A stretch of DNA of 63,956 nucleotides, filler included, from Hyphochytrium catenoides (GCA_900088475.1; 15 parts of 15 records of this genome joined end to end with filler, not necessarily neighbours in it); one strand, 5' to 3'; shown: positions 25,201 to 37,716, numbered from the whole stretch's first letter. The notes: generated by a model not told the origin, from the letters alone. Program-made: numbers and translations.

Positions 25201-27056
25201 ACCTCGACGCGAAGTTGGAGGCGGAGAAGAACGAGCTGATGGCCAGCAGCAACCGGTGCAGACAGTTGATGGCGCGTATTCAGTTCATGGCACAGCAGTT
25301 TGACACCGAGAGCAGCAGAGTGGCGCAGGAGAACGAGACGCTCAATCGCCTTGCAGATATGCTGCAGACAGAGATCTCTCTCGTCCAAGAAGAGCAGGAT
25401 CTCCGTGCTTTCAAGATTCAGACGCTGCAGCAGAAGCTCGATGAGGCCGCCACCACCGTTGAGCAGCTCACTACTTACCTCATGGAGAGGACCAAGGCAG
25501 GCATTGACCGCGCAGCAAGACAGGGCTCTACCATTGACAAGCTCAAGAAGATGCAGATTGACACTGCCAAGCGCATTGACAACCGCCAGACGGGCATTAT
25601 GCATACCGACAAGCGTCAGACAGAGCTCAAGGAGAGACTGGAGGTGCTTCAGAGCGAGAACTGGCAGAAGGGCATCACTCTGAACAGCGGAAAGGAGTTC
25701 CAGACGCACTCTGCCAAGTTCCAATCTGGCTTCCAGGAATATAGACAGGCAGATGCAGACTCTAAGGTCCTTGCAGAGCTTGGTCCTAAAGACCTGGAGA
25801 TCGTAGCTCTTGCTATTGAGAACCAGCAGAACGACAGGAGAGTGCTCAATGGTCTGATGCCTACGCTTAACAGCATCGAGGGCATCTTCGGCACTGAGAT
25901 GTCTGCAGTGCTTGAGAACGAGGATATCCCATTGACAGACAGGTTCAGACAGAAGATCGCTCAGATCCGGACATTGGTGGAGAAGCTGAAGACTGGCCTT
26001 GAGACAGAGGAGGCCAACACTAACACTGAGAGCTTGAGACTGGAGAGCGAGAAGGTGGCGCTGAGCGATCTCTGCCTTAACCTGCAGAGAGAGAGGGATC
26101 TCATCGCCCTTGAGGAGCAGAACCTCACAAATGAGAGCCTTCTCTTGGACCAGGAGCAGAACCTACTGGCTGGACGGTGCGATGAGGCAGCCAAACTCTA
26201 TGTGGACCTCAGGAACTACCACGACCAGGTGATGTTAGAGTGCAACAAGCTCACAGACGATCACAGAAAGAGAGGACCTCCTCCTACTCGCTCTGCTATC
26301 ATCGCCTCTATCAGAGACAATGTCCTTGTCACTGAGAGAAGGTCGGAGATGGACGACGTCCGCATGAGCAAGCCTCAGAACACGGAGAAGAGCCTCCTCT
26401 CCCAGCTTACCAAGGCCCAGTCTCTGTTGGCCAAGGACGAGCAGGAGCTGCGTGCGCTCGTGGAGAGAGGACAGAGCGTCCATCAGGGTCTTCTCTCTTG
26501 CAGAGAGAAAATGGTGCAGTTCGTCTTCGAGGACGATGTCTATAGCAAAGTCATGGCCTTTGTACATGGCATGGCGCCGACCGGCACTCTCTTGGCCTCT
26601 ATGCCATGGCTTGAGAAGCTCCAGTCTCTCCGCTCAGACGTTGTTCAGAGGCAGAGACAGCATCTCAAGCACTTGGACCAGGAGATCCGCGTGGTTATTG
26701 GCGAGAACCTGAGAGTAGGGGAGGCTCTGCAGGAGGTACAACACCACATGAAGGAGCTACATCAGCTTCAGGACACTGTGAAGAGAGACGCAGAGCTTTG
26801 GGAGGTCCACAGAAGCGAGCTGACGACCAACACCGGAAGGGCAGCGCGTCCTGCCATCCAGCAGGCAGACAGCGATAACATTTCTATGGACATTGACGCC
26901 ATCAGAGCGAGAAGAGTATTGGCACAGAGCAACTCTAACACTGGAAACAACTCCGGCTCGTCTGGGAACTTCGGAGGCCCAGAAGTGGAGCTGCAGAGAA
27001 GGCCAACGGACAGGCAACAACTGCCAGAGACAAGAGCAGGGTCTTTTGAGCTTTAA
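22202..27056 (+). CDS. Zn-ribbon / FYVE / DnaJ / FYVE / PX / long coiled-coil protein (~1600 aa, apparently intronless)
   Basis: CPTCG..CLHCG; FYVE1 CLGC..KRKHHCRVCGLIFCSAC..CETC; J-domain DHYAVLGVKQDASMAE[N gap]VLRDPEARMRFD; FYVE2 CQVC..RRRHHCRRCGSSVCDPC..VCKTC; PX VKRQLRDFEWVHRKL..LPPLPGK..HPLL..VKAFL. The frame change falls inside the N gap at 23039-23083. Confidence 0.9.
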
Positions 27057-28350
27057 GGGAGAAAGGTGCTCACTGGGAAGGAAGAGAGAGAGAGAGCGTC
27101 ATTTCAATAGAGAAAAAGGAGAAGGAAAGAGACGTGAAAAAAAGGAGAGAGGGAGAAGGCTGTGGCTGTTGAGAGTTCGATTTTATATGAAGAAGAGAAG
27201 TAGGCTTTAGAGACAGTAGTAGGAACAAAGAAAGAAAAAGAAAGAAAAGAAAGAGAGACATAGTGACTTCGTAGGTAGAAAGAGGAAGGCGACCGCTAGG
27301 TAATGGCTCACGCCTCTAATTTATTGCTTGCATTTTCCATAGTCAGGAGCTCTTCACCCGTATCCCTCTCAGCTCTTCTCTACTACCTCTCTTCTCTCTC
27401 TTTTCCCTCTCTCTCTTCGTCAGGCACCATCTCTCTCTTCTCTCGGTGCTTTTGTCTATGGCTCTTCGCTCCTTGTCTCTTCCATTGTTGACAAAAAAGG
27501 ATAGAGCTGTTGTCTGAACCCGTCTTAACAGCTTCATTTTGGGTTTTTCAGTACGGGGAGAGAGACTAAAAAGAGAAGGAGTCTTTGTCTTTCATTTGGC
27601 ATTTCGTAGTCCCTCCGGCCATCGCCAAGAGAGAGAGAGAGAGAGGGAAGAAGAAAGATGAGAGAGAAGCAAACAGCACATACAATGAAAGAGAATGTGA
27701 GAGGCGGTGCAAGAGAGAAGTTGCAGAGCGCGCCAAATGAAGAAGTACACAGACAAGATAAAGAGAAGAAGAGAAAGGATGAGAAAGGGAGAGGGGAACA
27801 GGGAAGAGGGAAGAGGGGGGGAGAGGAGTTAAGGGAGAGAGATGGATGGAGGGAGAAAGGGGGAGAGAGTGAGAGAGAGAGGGGGCGAGGGAGAGAATGA
27901 AGGAGAGATAGTTGGGGAGAACGAAGGAAAAAAAGAAATACCATGGACGAGGCAAAGAGGTAGATAAAAGGTGAACTCATCAGATAAAAGAAGCTAACAA
28001 CACAGCGAGAGATACAAAGTTAACGAAGAGAGAGAGAGAGTCTAAAGGGAGGATTTAAGCTAAGCTGAGTTGGGAGCAAACGAAGTTCATTATAATTCTC
28101 TCTCTCTCTCTTTCCTCCTTATAGGTGAAGAGAGAGAGCGTTAGACGGAAGTATTGCTAAGAGGCACACTTCTTGTCCTTCTAGACCTTGAAAAACCCTG
28201 GCTGACAATTTGGGAGACGGGTTGCCATAATTATTATTCTCTCTCTCATGTTTTTTCCTCCGTTCCTCTCTCCACCAATAGATTGAACCGAGAGAGAGAG
28301 AGGGACAGAGAAAGTCTCCTGTTCTAACGTGCGATATCGCTTTCCTCCTC

Positions 28351-30635
28351 TTAAATAACACCAGCTTCATTCTTCAGCTTATCAACCAAAGTGTCAACAT
28401 CAGGAACCTGAGAACGAGAGAAAAAAAGGAGAGCCACGCATGAGTTGATAGAAAACGTTTGCTTACTCCTAAACCGACCGTGAAAGAAGGAATGAAGAAA
28501 GAGAAAGGAGAACCAAGGCTAGAGAGAGAGAGAGAGAGCCGAGAAAGTTAAGATAAGGCAAACAGGAGCAATCTGACGGATCGCACTGACTTGTCCGAAG
28601 CCCTAATAGAGACAACCAAGAAAGCTTGTGGAAGGCAATGCGGGAGAAATGCGGATAATTGGGGGGAAACGAGAGAGAAATGGGAAAGGGAGAGCAGGAG
28701 AACGGAGGAGCGCCCAAAAGCCGGGCAAATTAGAGGAGACGGTCACCTTGATTCCTGCCTTCCTAGCAGCAGGCTCCGTAACGTTAAGAACCCTGCAGGA
28801 GCAGTGATAAGGGGGAGAGAAGAGGTTTATGAGAAAAGCTTGCACGTCAAACTTTGAACATTTCAGGAAGGACCAAAGAGCAGAGATAAAGAAGACTGAC
28901 GAAGAAAAAGAGATAGAAGGGTTGGGGGTAAAGGAGAGGTAGGGAGAGAGAGAAGGAGGGAAAAGGAGAACGAGAGAGAGAGAGCAAAAAGGGAGAGAAA
29001 GGCAAAGACGAAAATAAAGTCCAGAGAGAGACAAAGTCAAGTGACGGGGGAAAACCACTATCACGCGTGGACAGCACAAGGCAAGAGACTAGAAAGAACA
29101 AAGGCAGAGGAAGGTAGGAGGCTCAGGGGTGGAGGACTGAGACTCTCAGAAACATACTCGATGCGTGGCGTCAGGTCAATGCCAAAGGAGTCTGCCTCCT
29201 TCACATCAATCTTCTTCTTCTTTGCCTTCATGATGTTAGGCAGAGTCGCGTACCTGCACAAGGAGAAGAACGGGCGGAAAGTCAGCACACAGCAGAATTC
29301 GTTTGGGGCCAAGCCAAAGAGAGAACGAGGAAGGAAGAGAAAGAGTGTGTCTCTCTATTGCATGAGTCCTTTTTATGAGAGCGAGAGAGAGAAGTGAGCG
29401 AGAGCAGAGAGAGAGAGAGAGCGCGACGGAGGAGAGAAAGGTGCGAATTGGTCCTTTACGGAGAAAAGGTCTGGCAGAAAATAGAAAGAGATAGAAGGGA
29501 ATGCCCATAAGCTTTGGATGGTAGCCACCAAACAGAGAGAGAGAGGACATGAAGATAAACGCCCCTTTCGGCACTCTGTCTCCGCTCCTTACCTCGGCTC
29601 GTTGAGTCTGAGATCTGCGGTAACGACCGCGGGGCAAGAAAGAGCCAAGGTCTCAAGCCCGCCATCGATCTCTCTGGTCACCTTCAAGTCCTTGCCCTCC
29701 ACCTCAATCTTCGAGGCGAAAGTAGCTTGAGGGATCTTCAGAAGGCCAGCCAGCATGGGGCCTATGAGAGGAGAGAGAGAGAGAAGAGAGAGAAAGAGCC
29801 CAAAAAAGGAGAGAGGTAAGGATGAAGAAACCCTCGCTGGAAGTTATGGAAAGGGTCCGAACGACGACACTAAATAGCGGAGAAAGAGGAAAAGACCGAC
29901 GGACAAACTGAGAGACAGAGAGAGAAAGAGGGTCTAGGGAGAGAAAGAGAGTCTAGGGAGAGAAAGAGAGTCTAGGGAGAGAGAGAGACTCCAGCAAGAA
30001 CCACCTGTCTGAGCGGCGTCGGAATCAATGGCTTGCTTTCCCAGCAGCACAAGATCTGGGTTCTCTTCCTTGCTTACGGCAGCTAGCAGCTTGGCGACAG
30101 CCAGAGGCTGCAGCTCCTGATCCGTGCGCATATCTGTCTGGATGTGGATGGCACGGTCTGCACCCATGGCCAAGGCAGTTCTGAGTGTTTCTTGTGCAGC
30201 TTTCTGGCCGATACTGACCGCTACGACCTAGGCGGGCGCAGAGAGAGAGAGAGAGAGAGAAAAACAAAAGAGGCGTAAGTGAAGGAGAGAGGCCAATAAC
30301 ATGGGTAGCAGAAGTAGAGAAAGAGCGTACTAAGAGAGAAGAGGCTTCTGAGTGTTCAGTGCCAAGCAGCCAAGACGTAAACTTCCCTCTTATATAGAGG
30401 ATAAGGTTATGCGCAACGCAGAAGAGACGCCTAAGGGAGAGAGATACAAGCCCTTTCTTTCTACCTCCTTAGCTAGCTTCTTCTCCTTTAGCCTGACTGC
30501 CTCCTCTACCGCGATCTCGCAGAAAGGATTCATGGACATCTTCACGTTGGCCAACTCCACGCCCTTCTTGTCGGCCTGCACCCTGACCTTCACAGCATAA
30601 TCTACCACTCTCTTCACAGCTACAAGGACCTTCAT
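28351..30635 (-). CDS. ETFB: Electron transfer flavoprotein beta subunit, complete, 6 exons
   Basis: GT-AG exons 30635-30465, 30227-30005, 29761-29593, 29253-29158, 28792-28747, 28407-28351 give [86 protein letters not shown]. Confidence 0.97.
29920..29988. repeat. 19-bp minisatellite x3 in ETFB intron 2
   Basis: TCTAGGG recurs at 29933, 29952 and 29971 within a GAGAGAAAGAGAGTCTAGG-like unit. Confidence 0.8.
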
Positions 30636-32437
30636 CTTTTACTTTCTGAAAACCTACGACTGTTCGGGATTGGCGTGAGCTTGGTCTCTCTTTGAAGAGG
30701 TTCAGATGATAAACGGTGGCTGCAGAATGGCCGGTTGACAGAAGGAGCCGGATGCCTTTCTGAAGATTATTGCGGATCTCAGTCTCTGTCTGACTTAACT
30801 GCACAGGGTCAAAAATTGGCAACTGACTTTCCATGGAAATGGAACCATTGGTGAGACAGAGTAGAGGTCACAAAGCCAGAGTAGGTTTTGGTGGTGTATA
30901 TATATTTATGTAGTAGTCTAGAGATGGGTGGATGATGGCACGAGATGATTGAAGCACTTGCCCCTCACGTCCGTCCCTCATCACATCAAAACTCTTTGAG
31001 CCTTCACGTCAAGTAGACCGCTAACGTCCTTCCAGCTGTGCTTGATTACCACTAATCAGTTATCTTATCGGTACCGAAAACAAACCTACAGTACTGCTGT
31101 CAATAGTGCTGTTTTACCAAAAAGAGAGGCATTCCTACTCCGTACAGTACATAACAAAGAAGTAACGGCTCTTCTGTCAAACGGACATTGTTAAGGGGAC
31201 AGAGAGGGGGGTGAGAGAGAGAGACAGAGAGAAAGAGAGAGAGACACAGCAGGGAGGGAGACAGAGAGAGAGTAGAAGAGACAGACAGTGGAAGAGAGAG
31301 ATAGAAGAAAAAAGCAACACCAGGCTCAGAGAGAGAGAGAGAGAGGAAGCGAGAGAGAGAGGGGGAGAGAGATAGAAAGAGACAGAGAGGGAGAGAGAGA
31401 GAGAAAGAGACAGAGAGAGAGACAAAGAGAGAGAGAGGGAGAGAGAGAGCAAGAGACAGAGAGAGACACAGAGAGAGAGAGTGGGAAGAAGAGAGAGAAA
31501 GGAAGAATGGCCACAGTACCGTCATGAGAAAGAAAACTTCAAGAGAAGTGAGCTGGAGAGAGAGAGAGAGAGCACCAGACAAAGAAGAGGAAGCGGGAGA
31601 CCACCCTCAAAGAATCAATAGAGGAAGACAGAGGAAGAGCAGGAAGTGACCGAGGAGGGAGGGAAGCAGTAAAGGAGTAAGGGAGAGAAATCAGAGCTCG
31701 CAGCAGGAGCTAGTAGGGGAAGCCAAAGCATCTTGATAGGAGAAGAAAGGAGGAGGCGAGGAGGATGATGGCACCTGGGGAGGCAGGAGAGAGAAGAGGA
31801 GAAGAGAGAAAGAAAGAAACGTTAAGGCTTGACTATGACACAATGGAAGAANNNNNNNNNNNNNNNNNNNNNNNNNNNNNNNNNNNNNNNNNNNNTTAAT
31901 TAATTAANNNNNNNNNNNNNNNNNNNNNNNNNNNNNNNNNNNNNNNNNNNNAGATATATCAGCGAGAGAGAGCTTTGGAGACAGGCAGGGAAAGAGGTTT
32001 AGGGACAGACAGAGAGAGAGAGAGAGAGAGAGAGAAAAGAGAGAGAGAGAGAGTGACAGAGAAGCAGCACCTGTGAAAGCGTAAGAGAGACAGTGAAAGA
32101 AGATCAAGGCTCAGCATCTACCAGGCAACTCTTCCCGCCAGCTCCTCTCTCTTTGAGCTTCCAGTCAACAGCTTGCCTCAGACTCATCTCCAAAAGCCGT
32201 GCTCGAGACAGCTGCAGAGAGAGAAGAGAGAGAGAGGATTTTGCTTGCTACTCTCTCCCCTTGAGCTTCCTTCTCTCACTTATCCTCCTGGCAGTCTCTC
32301 GGGCCTGCGTCTCTTCCTCTCTTCCCGGGACATCTTTCTCTTCCTGACTAGCCGCAACATGGTCAACGGAAGAGAAGGGAGAGAGAAGACAGAGCTTGCT
32401 ATCTCTTCCTGTCTCTTCCTCTCCCCCATATTTCTAG

Positions 32438-32495
<58 letters not shown>

Positions 32496-32972
32496 CGCTT
32501 TCAGAAAGATCGTTCACCATCAGAACTCATCAACCTGAATCTTCATAATTTTCACACTGAATAATTGGACAGACAATAGTTTCAGCAGTATGCTTAACAC
32601 TTTGAAAGATTCAAATGATTCGGGAGGAGCATTCTTCCTCACTTCATTGGCTCTCCCCTCTTCACTTTTCTCTCTCTCTTGGTCATTCTCTCTCAAGTCT
32701 CTCTCTCCCTTTCTCTCTCTCTCTCTCCCTTCGCTCTCTCCATCTCTCTCTCCCTCTCTTCCTTCTCTCTCTCTCTCCATCTCCTGATCAGAAGCAGCTA
32801 CCGTCTACCACTTGTTGCAGCAGCGAGTCTGGGACCTAGAGAGAGAGAGAGAGAGAAAAAAAGAGAAAGAGAGAGCAGGCCTCATTATCTGGAAAATCAC
32901 GCAGTAAGAAAGGTTCGACGAGAGACAAAAGGACAAAGAAGAGCTTTAGTCACACTCTGTCTCGTGGTGAAG

Positions 32973-33059
32973 ATGGCCGAAGAAGCGCAAGCAAAGATCT
33001 CCAGAGCTGTGGAGAGTATGATCGACGATGTCGAGAAGAAGTTCATTCGACCTTTGCAG
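32973..33059 (+). CDS. FAM136A/DUF842-like protein, first exon
   Basis: MAEEAQAKISRAVESMIDDVEKKFIRPLQ|GT resembles the FAM136A N-terminus (..RVQ.AVE.MV..LE...IR.MQ). The rest is lost in the gap. Confidence 0.65.
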
Positions 33060-34249
33060 GTACAGAGCGGAAGTCAAGAGAGAGCGAGAGAGAAAGAGAG
33101 CGAGAGAGAAAGAGAGAGGAAGACAGGGAGAGAGAGAGAGCAGGAGGGCCCTCTGCTCATTTAGGGCCTGCTAAATGAGGGCTCCTTTGCTTATGAGTCC
33201 CGACACCTTATCCTCCTCTCAGTCTCTCTCTCTCTCTCNNNNNNNNNNNNNNNNNNNNNNNNNNNNNNNNNNNNNNNNNNNNTTAATTAATTAANNNNNN
33301 NNNNNNNNNNNNNNNNNNNNNNNNNNNNNNNNNNNNNNCTCTCTCTCTCTCTCTTTCTCTCTTCTGGTTGTCGCCATCCCTGGACATGATGATGGCATAT
33401 CTTTTGTGTGGGGACCGGAGAGGGGGAAAAAGAAGCGAAAGATCCAATGAGTCAACCCCCCATCCAAAGCGTATTTTACAGTTTCAGTTTGGGATGCTGA
33501 AGTGTCACAGGTGCAACTCAAAGGCAGAATCTACAGTTTGAAAGTGGTATAAGGAGTCTGGGTTGCCCTTTTTGGCGTTACATCTTTGGACTCACAGCCC
33601 GTTGGATTTCCGCTGGGAAGCTTTCATGTCCCAGATGAAAGATTCAATCTTTACTTCTATGATGGCCTAGTTACATGAAAAACTCAAGTATCCTTCCAAT
33701 ATTCCGCTTATGAAGAACAAAGAGGTGATGGCTGGATAGTGACGACTTGTGTGAGCGAGGGGAGGAGACAGAGACAGAGAGGGGGAGTAGAGAAACAGAG
33801 AGGGGAGTAGAGAGACAGACTAAAGAACAACAGACAAACTGACTGTAGAAAGAAGTGGAGAGAGGAGAAAGAATTGAGAGATAGGGGCTGGAGAAACGAG
33901 ATTTGTAGAGAAGAGCAAGCAGATAGAGAGAGATGGAAGGGAGGACCAAACGACAGAGAGAAACAGAAAGAGAGAGAAGGAGAGAGAAGAGAGAGACACA
34001 CAGAGAGAGACAGACACAGGAAAAGAGAGAAAGAGAGAGGGAGAGGGACGGAAAACTAAAGAAAGAAAGAGAGAGAAAGAAAGAAAGAAAGAGGGAGTGA
34101 GAGAAAGAAAGAGAGAGAGGGAGAGAGAGAGNTCGCCAAGCAGTGGAGCTTCCCTTTTCTCTCCGCCACAACGGTAGCTCTGGAGGGAAGAAAGTTGGGG
34201 CCTGCAACAGCGCGGACGGAGAGGGAACAGAGACAGGATGTAGCACACG

Positions 34250-34286
<37 letters not shown>

Positions 34287-34846
34287 TCAAGAGCGCTGTA
34301 GCACCGGATAAGGAAGACAGAAAGGAGTTCAAGGCATGCAAGTCTCTCTCTTTCCCTCAGAAAAAAAGGAAGCGCCAGCCGTCATCGCTCCTGTTATAGC
34401 TAGCTGCCGTTCAAAGAGACTGAGAGAAAGCCTTGTAGAGCTTCGCCAAAGACATTAAGATAGCAGCGTTGAACGCGGTCACTCTGTCAACGAGTGAAAG
34501 CGAGCTTTAATCAATTCTAATAAGTGACGAGTGCTCTGACGTTCTAGATGCGCGGGAAGAAGCAGAAAGAGAAAGTGCTCCACGAAGAGAGAGGATAGTT
34601 CTAGAAGAGTCTAGATCTCTCTCTCTCTCTCTCTCNNNNNNNNNNNNNNNNNNNNNNNNNNNNNNNNNNNNNNNNNNNNTTAATTAATTAANNNNNNNNN
34701 NNNNNNNNNNNNNNNNNNNNNNNNNNNNNNNNNNNCAGAGAGAACAACTCTGTGCTAATCAACTCTAGACGGAATCTAGGTAACAGAGGCCGCGTTTGCT
34801 TGTTGGATCCTTTACCGCCTCCAGGACTTGAGTAGGTAGCATTCAG

Positions 34847-35270
34847 TTTTAAAATGTATGGGATTTGAAGACACTCTTATTTAGGTTATGTGGTCTACTG
34901 ATATGCTCGAAGTGAGTATAAAGAGCTTATTATGGGACCCTGTTTCCTAGTTATCACGTTGTCTAGTTGTTCTGGAGAGTAACTGTGTCTCGTATAAAGT
35001 ACTAGACCCAATTACTACTTCTTGACGTCATATGTGTAACTATTGTCACAGAGGTTTCTGTGGTACTTTCTTTAGGCGACTAAGTCTGAACTGGGAAGCA
35101 GGATCAGAACTTTACTGCCTACCCAACCTCAGGGCAGTATAGTCAGTCTGGGTTAAAGAGCACTCCATCCTGTTGAGTGCTACAATGTTCGTTGTCAGTA
35201 GTACAGTAGTCACTCTCTATACACACCTAGCTCTCAGGGACATGGACGTTACGGGTACACCTGTGTTATG
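34847..35270 (+). repeat. Dispersed repeat family A, longest copy (3' end uncertain)
   Basis: First ~170 bp match 15508-15672. Non-coding and microsatellite-free, with TATAAA motifs. Confidence 0.65.
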
Positions 35271-35283
35271 GGAAAGAGGGATG

Positions 35284-35800
35284 TGAGAAGAATTTCCAGA
35301 AGAACACAGGAGCAGCACAGGAGAGAGAGATGATGAGGGAAGCTAGGCCGAGCAAAAGATCTCGAGTCCAGACCAGGCTCTCAGGACTGAGTGTTCATTC
35401 AGAGAAATCTCCATCACACATCAATACCAAGTCCCTTTGTTATCTAGATTCTGCTCATACAGAAGCTTCAGGCATTGTCACCCAGCGCTGTAAAGTTAGT
35501 TCATTAGGTTATGTTAGGCCCACACTCGCAGTTGATCGTGACTGTTGCTTCTCCTCTTCTCAGTTGAGCTGCTAGAAGAGTGACGATCCTGTCGCATACA
35601 ATGACATCAAAGGAAGGCGGAGTTGATCCGCACAATATCGCTGTTCTACACAGCAAGGACCAGTATTCTATCTGGTCAAGCCGGGTACGAAGTTACCTGG
35701 ATGAGTTAGACCTCCTCGTTCACATCGAGGATGAGAGTCAGACACTGCTGCCTGATGGCAAAGACCCGCTCACCAGTAAGGACTTCACAGAGACAAGCAG
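35284..35800 (+). mobile_element. Copia 5' end: LTR family B, degenerate PBS and gag N-terminus
   Basis: LTR ~35284-35506, GGTTATGTTAGGCCCA at 35507-35522, ATG 35601 MTSKEGGVDPHNIAVLHSKDQYSIWSSRVRSYLDELDLLVHIE (Copia gag N-terminal pattern). Confidence 0.7.
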
Positions 35801-36205
35801 AAGAACTGGAAGAAGAATGTCCCTTCTTCCGGCAGATGCCGCACTGCCTGCTACCACGCGCAGGTTTCTCCTGTCTTCGCTGCTGATCTGGGGGGTCTTC
35901 CCTTTTCCTTTCCCCTGGAGGAGAGAGAGTATTTATCTCTGAGGAGGAGGGTAGAGTATCCGGAAAGTGCACAGAGCTAGACACTCTTATCTGTTCATCA
36001 GCCATAATACGGTTGATGACCTCATTTGCAGCCAGAGAGGAAGTCCCTAGGACGTACAGGTGGCTCACTATAGAGCCAAAGGACGGAGGGAGGCTTTGGA
36101 GAATTGAAGAAATCAGGACTGTCTCATAAATGTCCTCTGGTTCTCTTTCTTCTTTCTCCTTTCGAAGATAGTCTTTAGAGCCTCTGTCCTCTGTTTCAGG
36201 GTGGT
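35800..36205 (-). pseudogene. Copia gag C-terminal fragment with zinc-knuckle remnant, inverted relative to the adjacent gag N-terminus
   Basis: VLISSILQSLPPSFGSIVSHL..NEVINRIMADEQ (UBN2/gag-like) and CGICRKKGH (CX2CX4H). Confidence 0.7.
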
Positions 36206-36208
36206 CAG

Positions 36209-36258
36209 TGTTGTAATGTATGGGATTTGAAGACACTCTTATTTAGGTTATGTGGTCT
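36209..36258 (+). repeat. Dispersed repeat family A, copy 3, truncated by gap
   Basis: TGTTGTAATGTATGGGATTTGAAGACACTCTTATTTAGGTTATGTGGTCT. Confidence 0.8.
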
Positions 36259-36358
36259 NNNNNNNNNNNNNNNNNNNNNNNNNNNNNNNNNNNNNNNNNN
36301 NNTTAATTAATTAANNNNNNNNNNNNNNNNNNNNNNNNNNNNNNNNNNNNNNNNNNNN

Positions 36359-36644
36359 GTGGCCTCTACTTCAGGCCGTAGATGCTCCTCTTCAGCTTGC
36401 AGACATGATCTTAAGAACTAGCACGACGGGACAATCCCAGAGGCTGCTTCATATACACCGTACCGTTTCTTCCAGCTCCCCGTGCAAGAAAGCATTCTTG
36501 ATATCCATATGATGAATCTCCATGTCGAAAGATGGCCAAGGACAAGATGCACCGAATGATGTCCGATGGTCGGAGCAAAAACTTCTTGATAATCGATTCC
36601 CTCCTTCTGCCGGAAACCTTGTGTCACTAATCTTGCCTTGTACC
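36359..36644 (-). pseudogene. Copia reverse transcriptase (RVT_2) fragment
   Basis: YKARLVTQGFRQKEGIDYQEVFAP / MEIHHMDIKNAFLHGELEETV / YMKQPLG / VCKLKRSIYGLK, with frameshifts. Confidence 0.9.
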
Positions 36645-37716
36645 TGTTGGAGTCTGAGGGCACAGCTATGTGGCCTACAAGCTGGCAAGCTTAACTACCC
36701 AAGTTTCAGCTCTAAACTCCCAGTAGAAGCCGAGATATGAAACCAACGAAATGTCCCTGTTTATATCTATGGCTTATGGTCAGTACCCCGGAATACCTTC
36801 AGGATTGACTATTCTAGACAGGGATATCTCTATAACTCCATATCTTAGGGTTTATTCGTAAAAGTTGGCATAGTCAGAATAGCTCTAGATTATGGGACCC
36901 CAGTTGGGCTTATAAGTCGAGCACTCTCATCTAATGACATTGTCCAATCATCCCATACAAATCCAACTGGTTATGGGCCCACGCGTCCCCCAGGACTCGG
37001 AAACTTGTTCTGAGGCCTCTTGAGCCAACCACTGGACCATTGCGATCCCGACCGAGACCAAGATCAAGTCGGCCCCCTGGAGCAGCGAACGAGCTCCACT
37101 GGGCAATAACGGCTACCCGGTCCCGCCGGCTTCCAAAACAACTAGCCAGTACCGGCTACCGGTAGGGTGATATAGCCGTTAACGGCAATACTGTTCCATT
37201 GAAACTTTCGGGGAATTATTTCAACGAATACTTTGAGGAACCATTTAAAACGTTGAAAAGTTTCATCCAAAATTTCGGTATAAATTTCAGCCCCTCCACC
37301 GAAATTTCAACCATACGAGCACTTTTCAAAGGGAAAGTTTCAAGCACGATCTCGACCCAAAATCACCTCTTTTCGGAGCTTTCAAAAAGTGTCAGGGGGT
37401 AAATCAGCATCGCTGAGTTCATTGGTGCCATTAGTTTCTTCTGAAACCGCTTCGTTTTGGAGATATCGTCCCATTTATCAAAGCAAGAAGAGCACCAAAT
37501 CCTACGGACACAAAGTCTCATATTGTCCAATTCTCTATTCATTCTCATTCTTAAGACCTATTTCGAGCGCCAGAATCCTCAACATCATGAGCTCTTTCGT
37601 GGTATCGATATCAAAGCTCCAAGGGATGGAGGACTACCCTGTTTGGCGATTGAAGATGGAGGTACTACAAGTAAAGCTTTCCCTGCAGCAATGAAAGTTC
37701 CCGAGTGACGCCTTTT
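36645..37716 (+). mobile_element. Copia 5' end (324-bp LTR, PBS, long leader, gag start) inserted into the RT fragment
   Basis: LTR TGTTGGA(36645)...TCCAACT(36968); PBS GGTTATGGGCCCA 36969-36981; ATG 37587 MSSFVVSISKLQGMEDYPVWRLKMEVL (Copia gag N-terminal pattern). Confidence 0.85.

Noticed and set aside
23013-27020. Antisense and alternate-frame ORFs over the FYVE gene (up to 293 aa)
   Set aside because: Shadow ORFs caused by codon bias of the real coiled-coil gene.
31952-34620. Possible minus-strand exons near 32100-32840 and 33340-34390
   Set aside because: I could not assemble a consistent reading frame or recognise a family.
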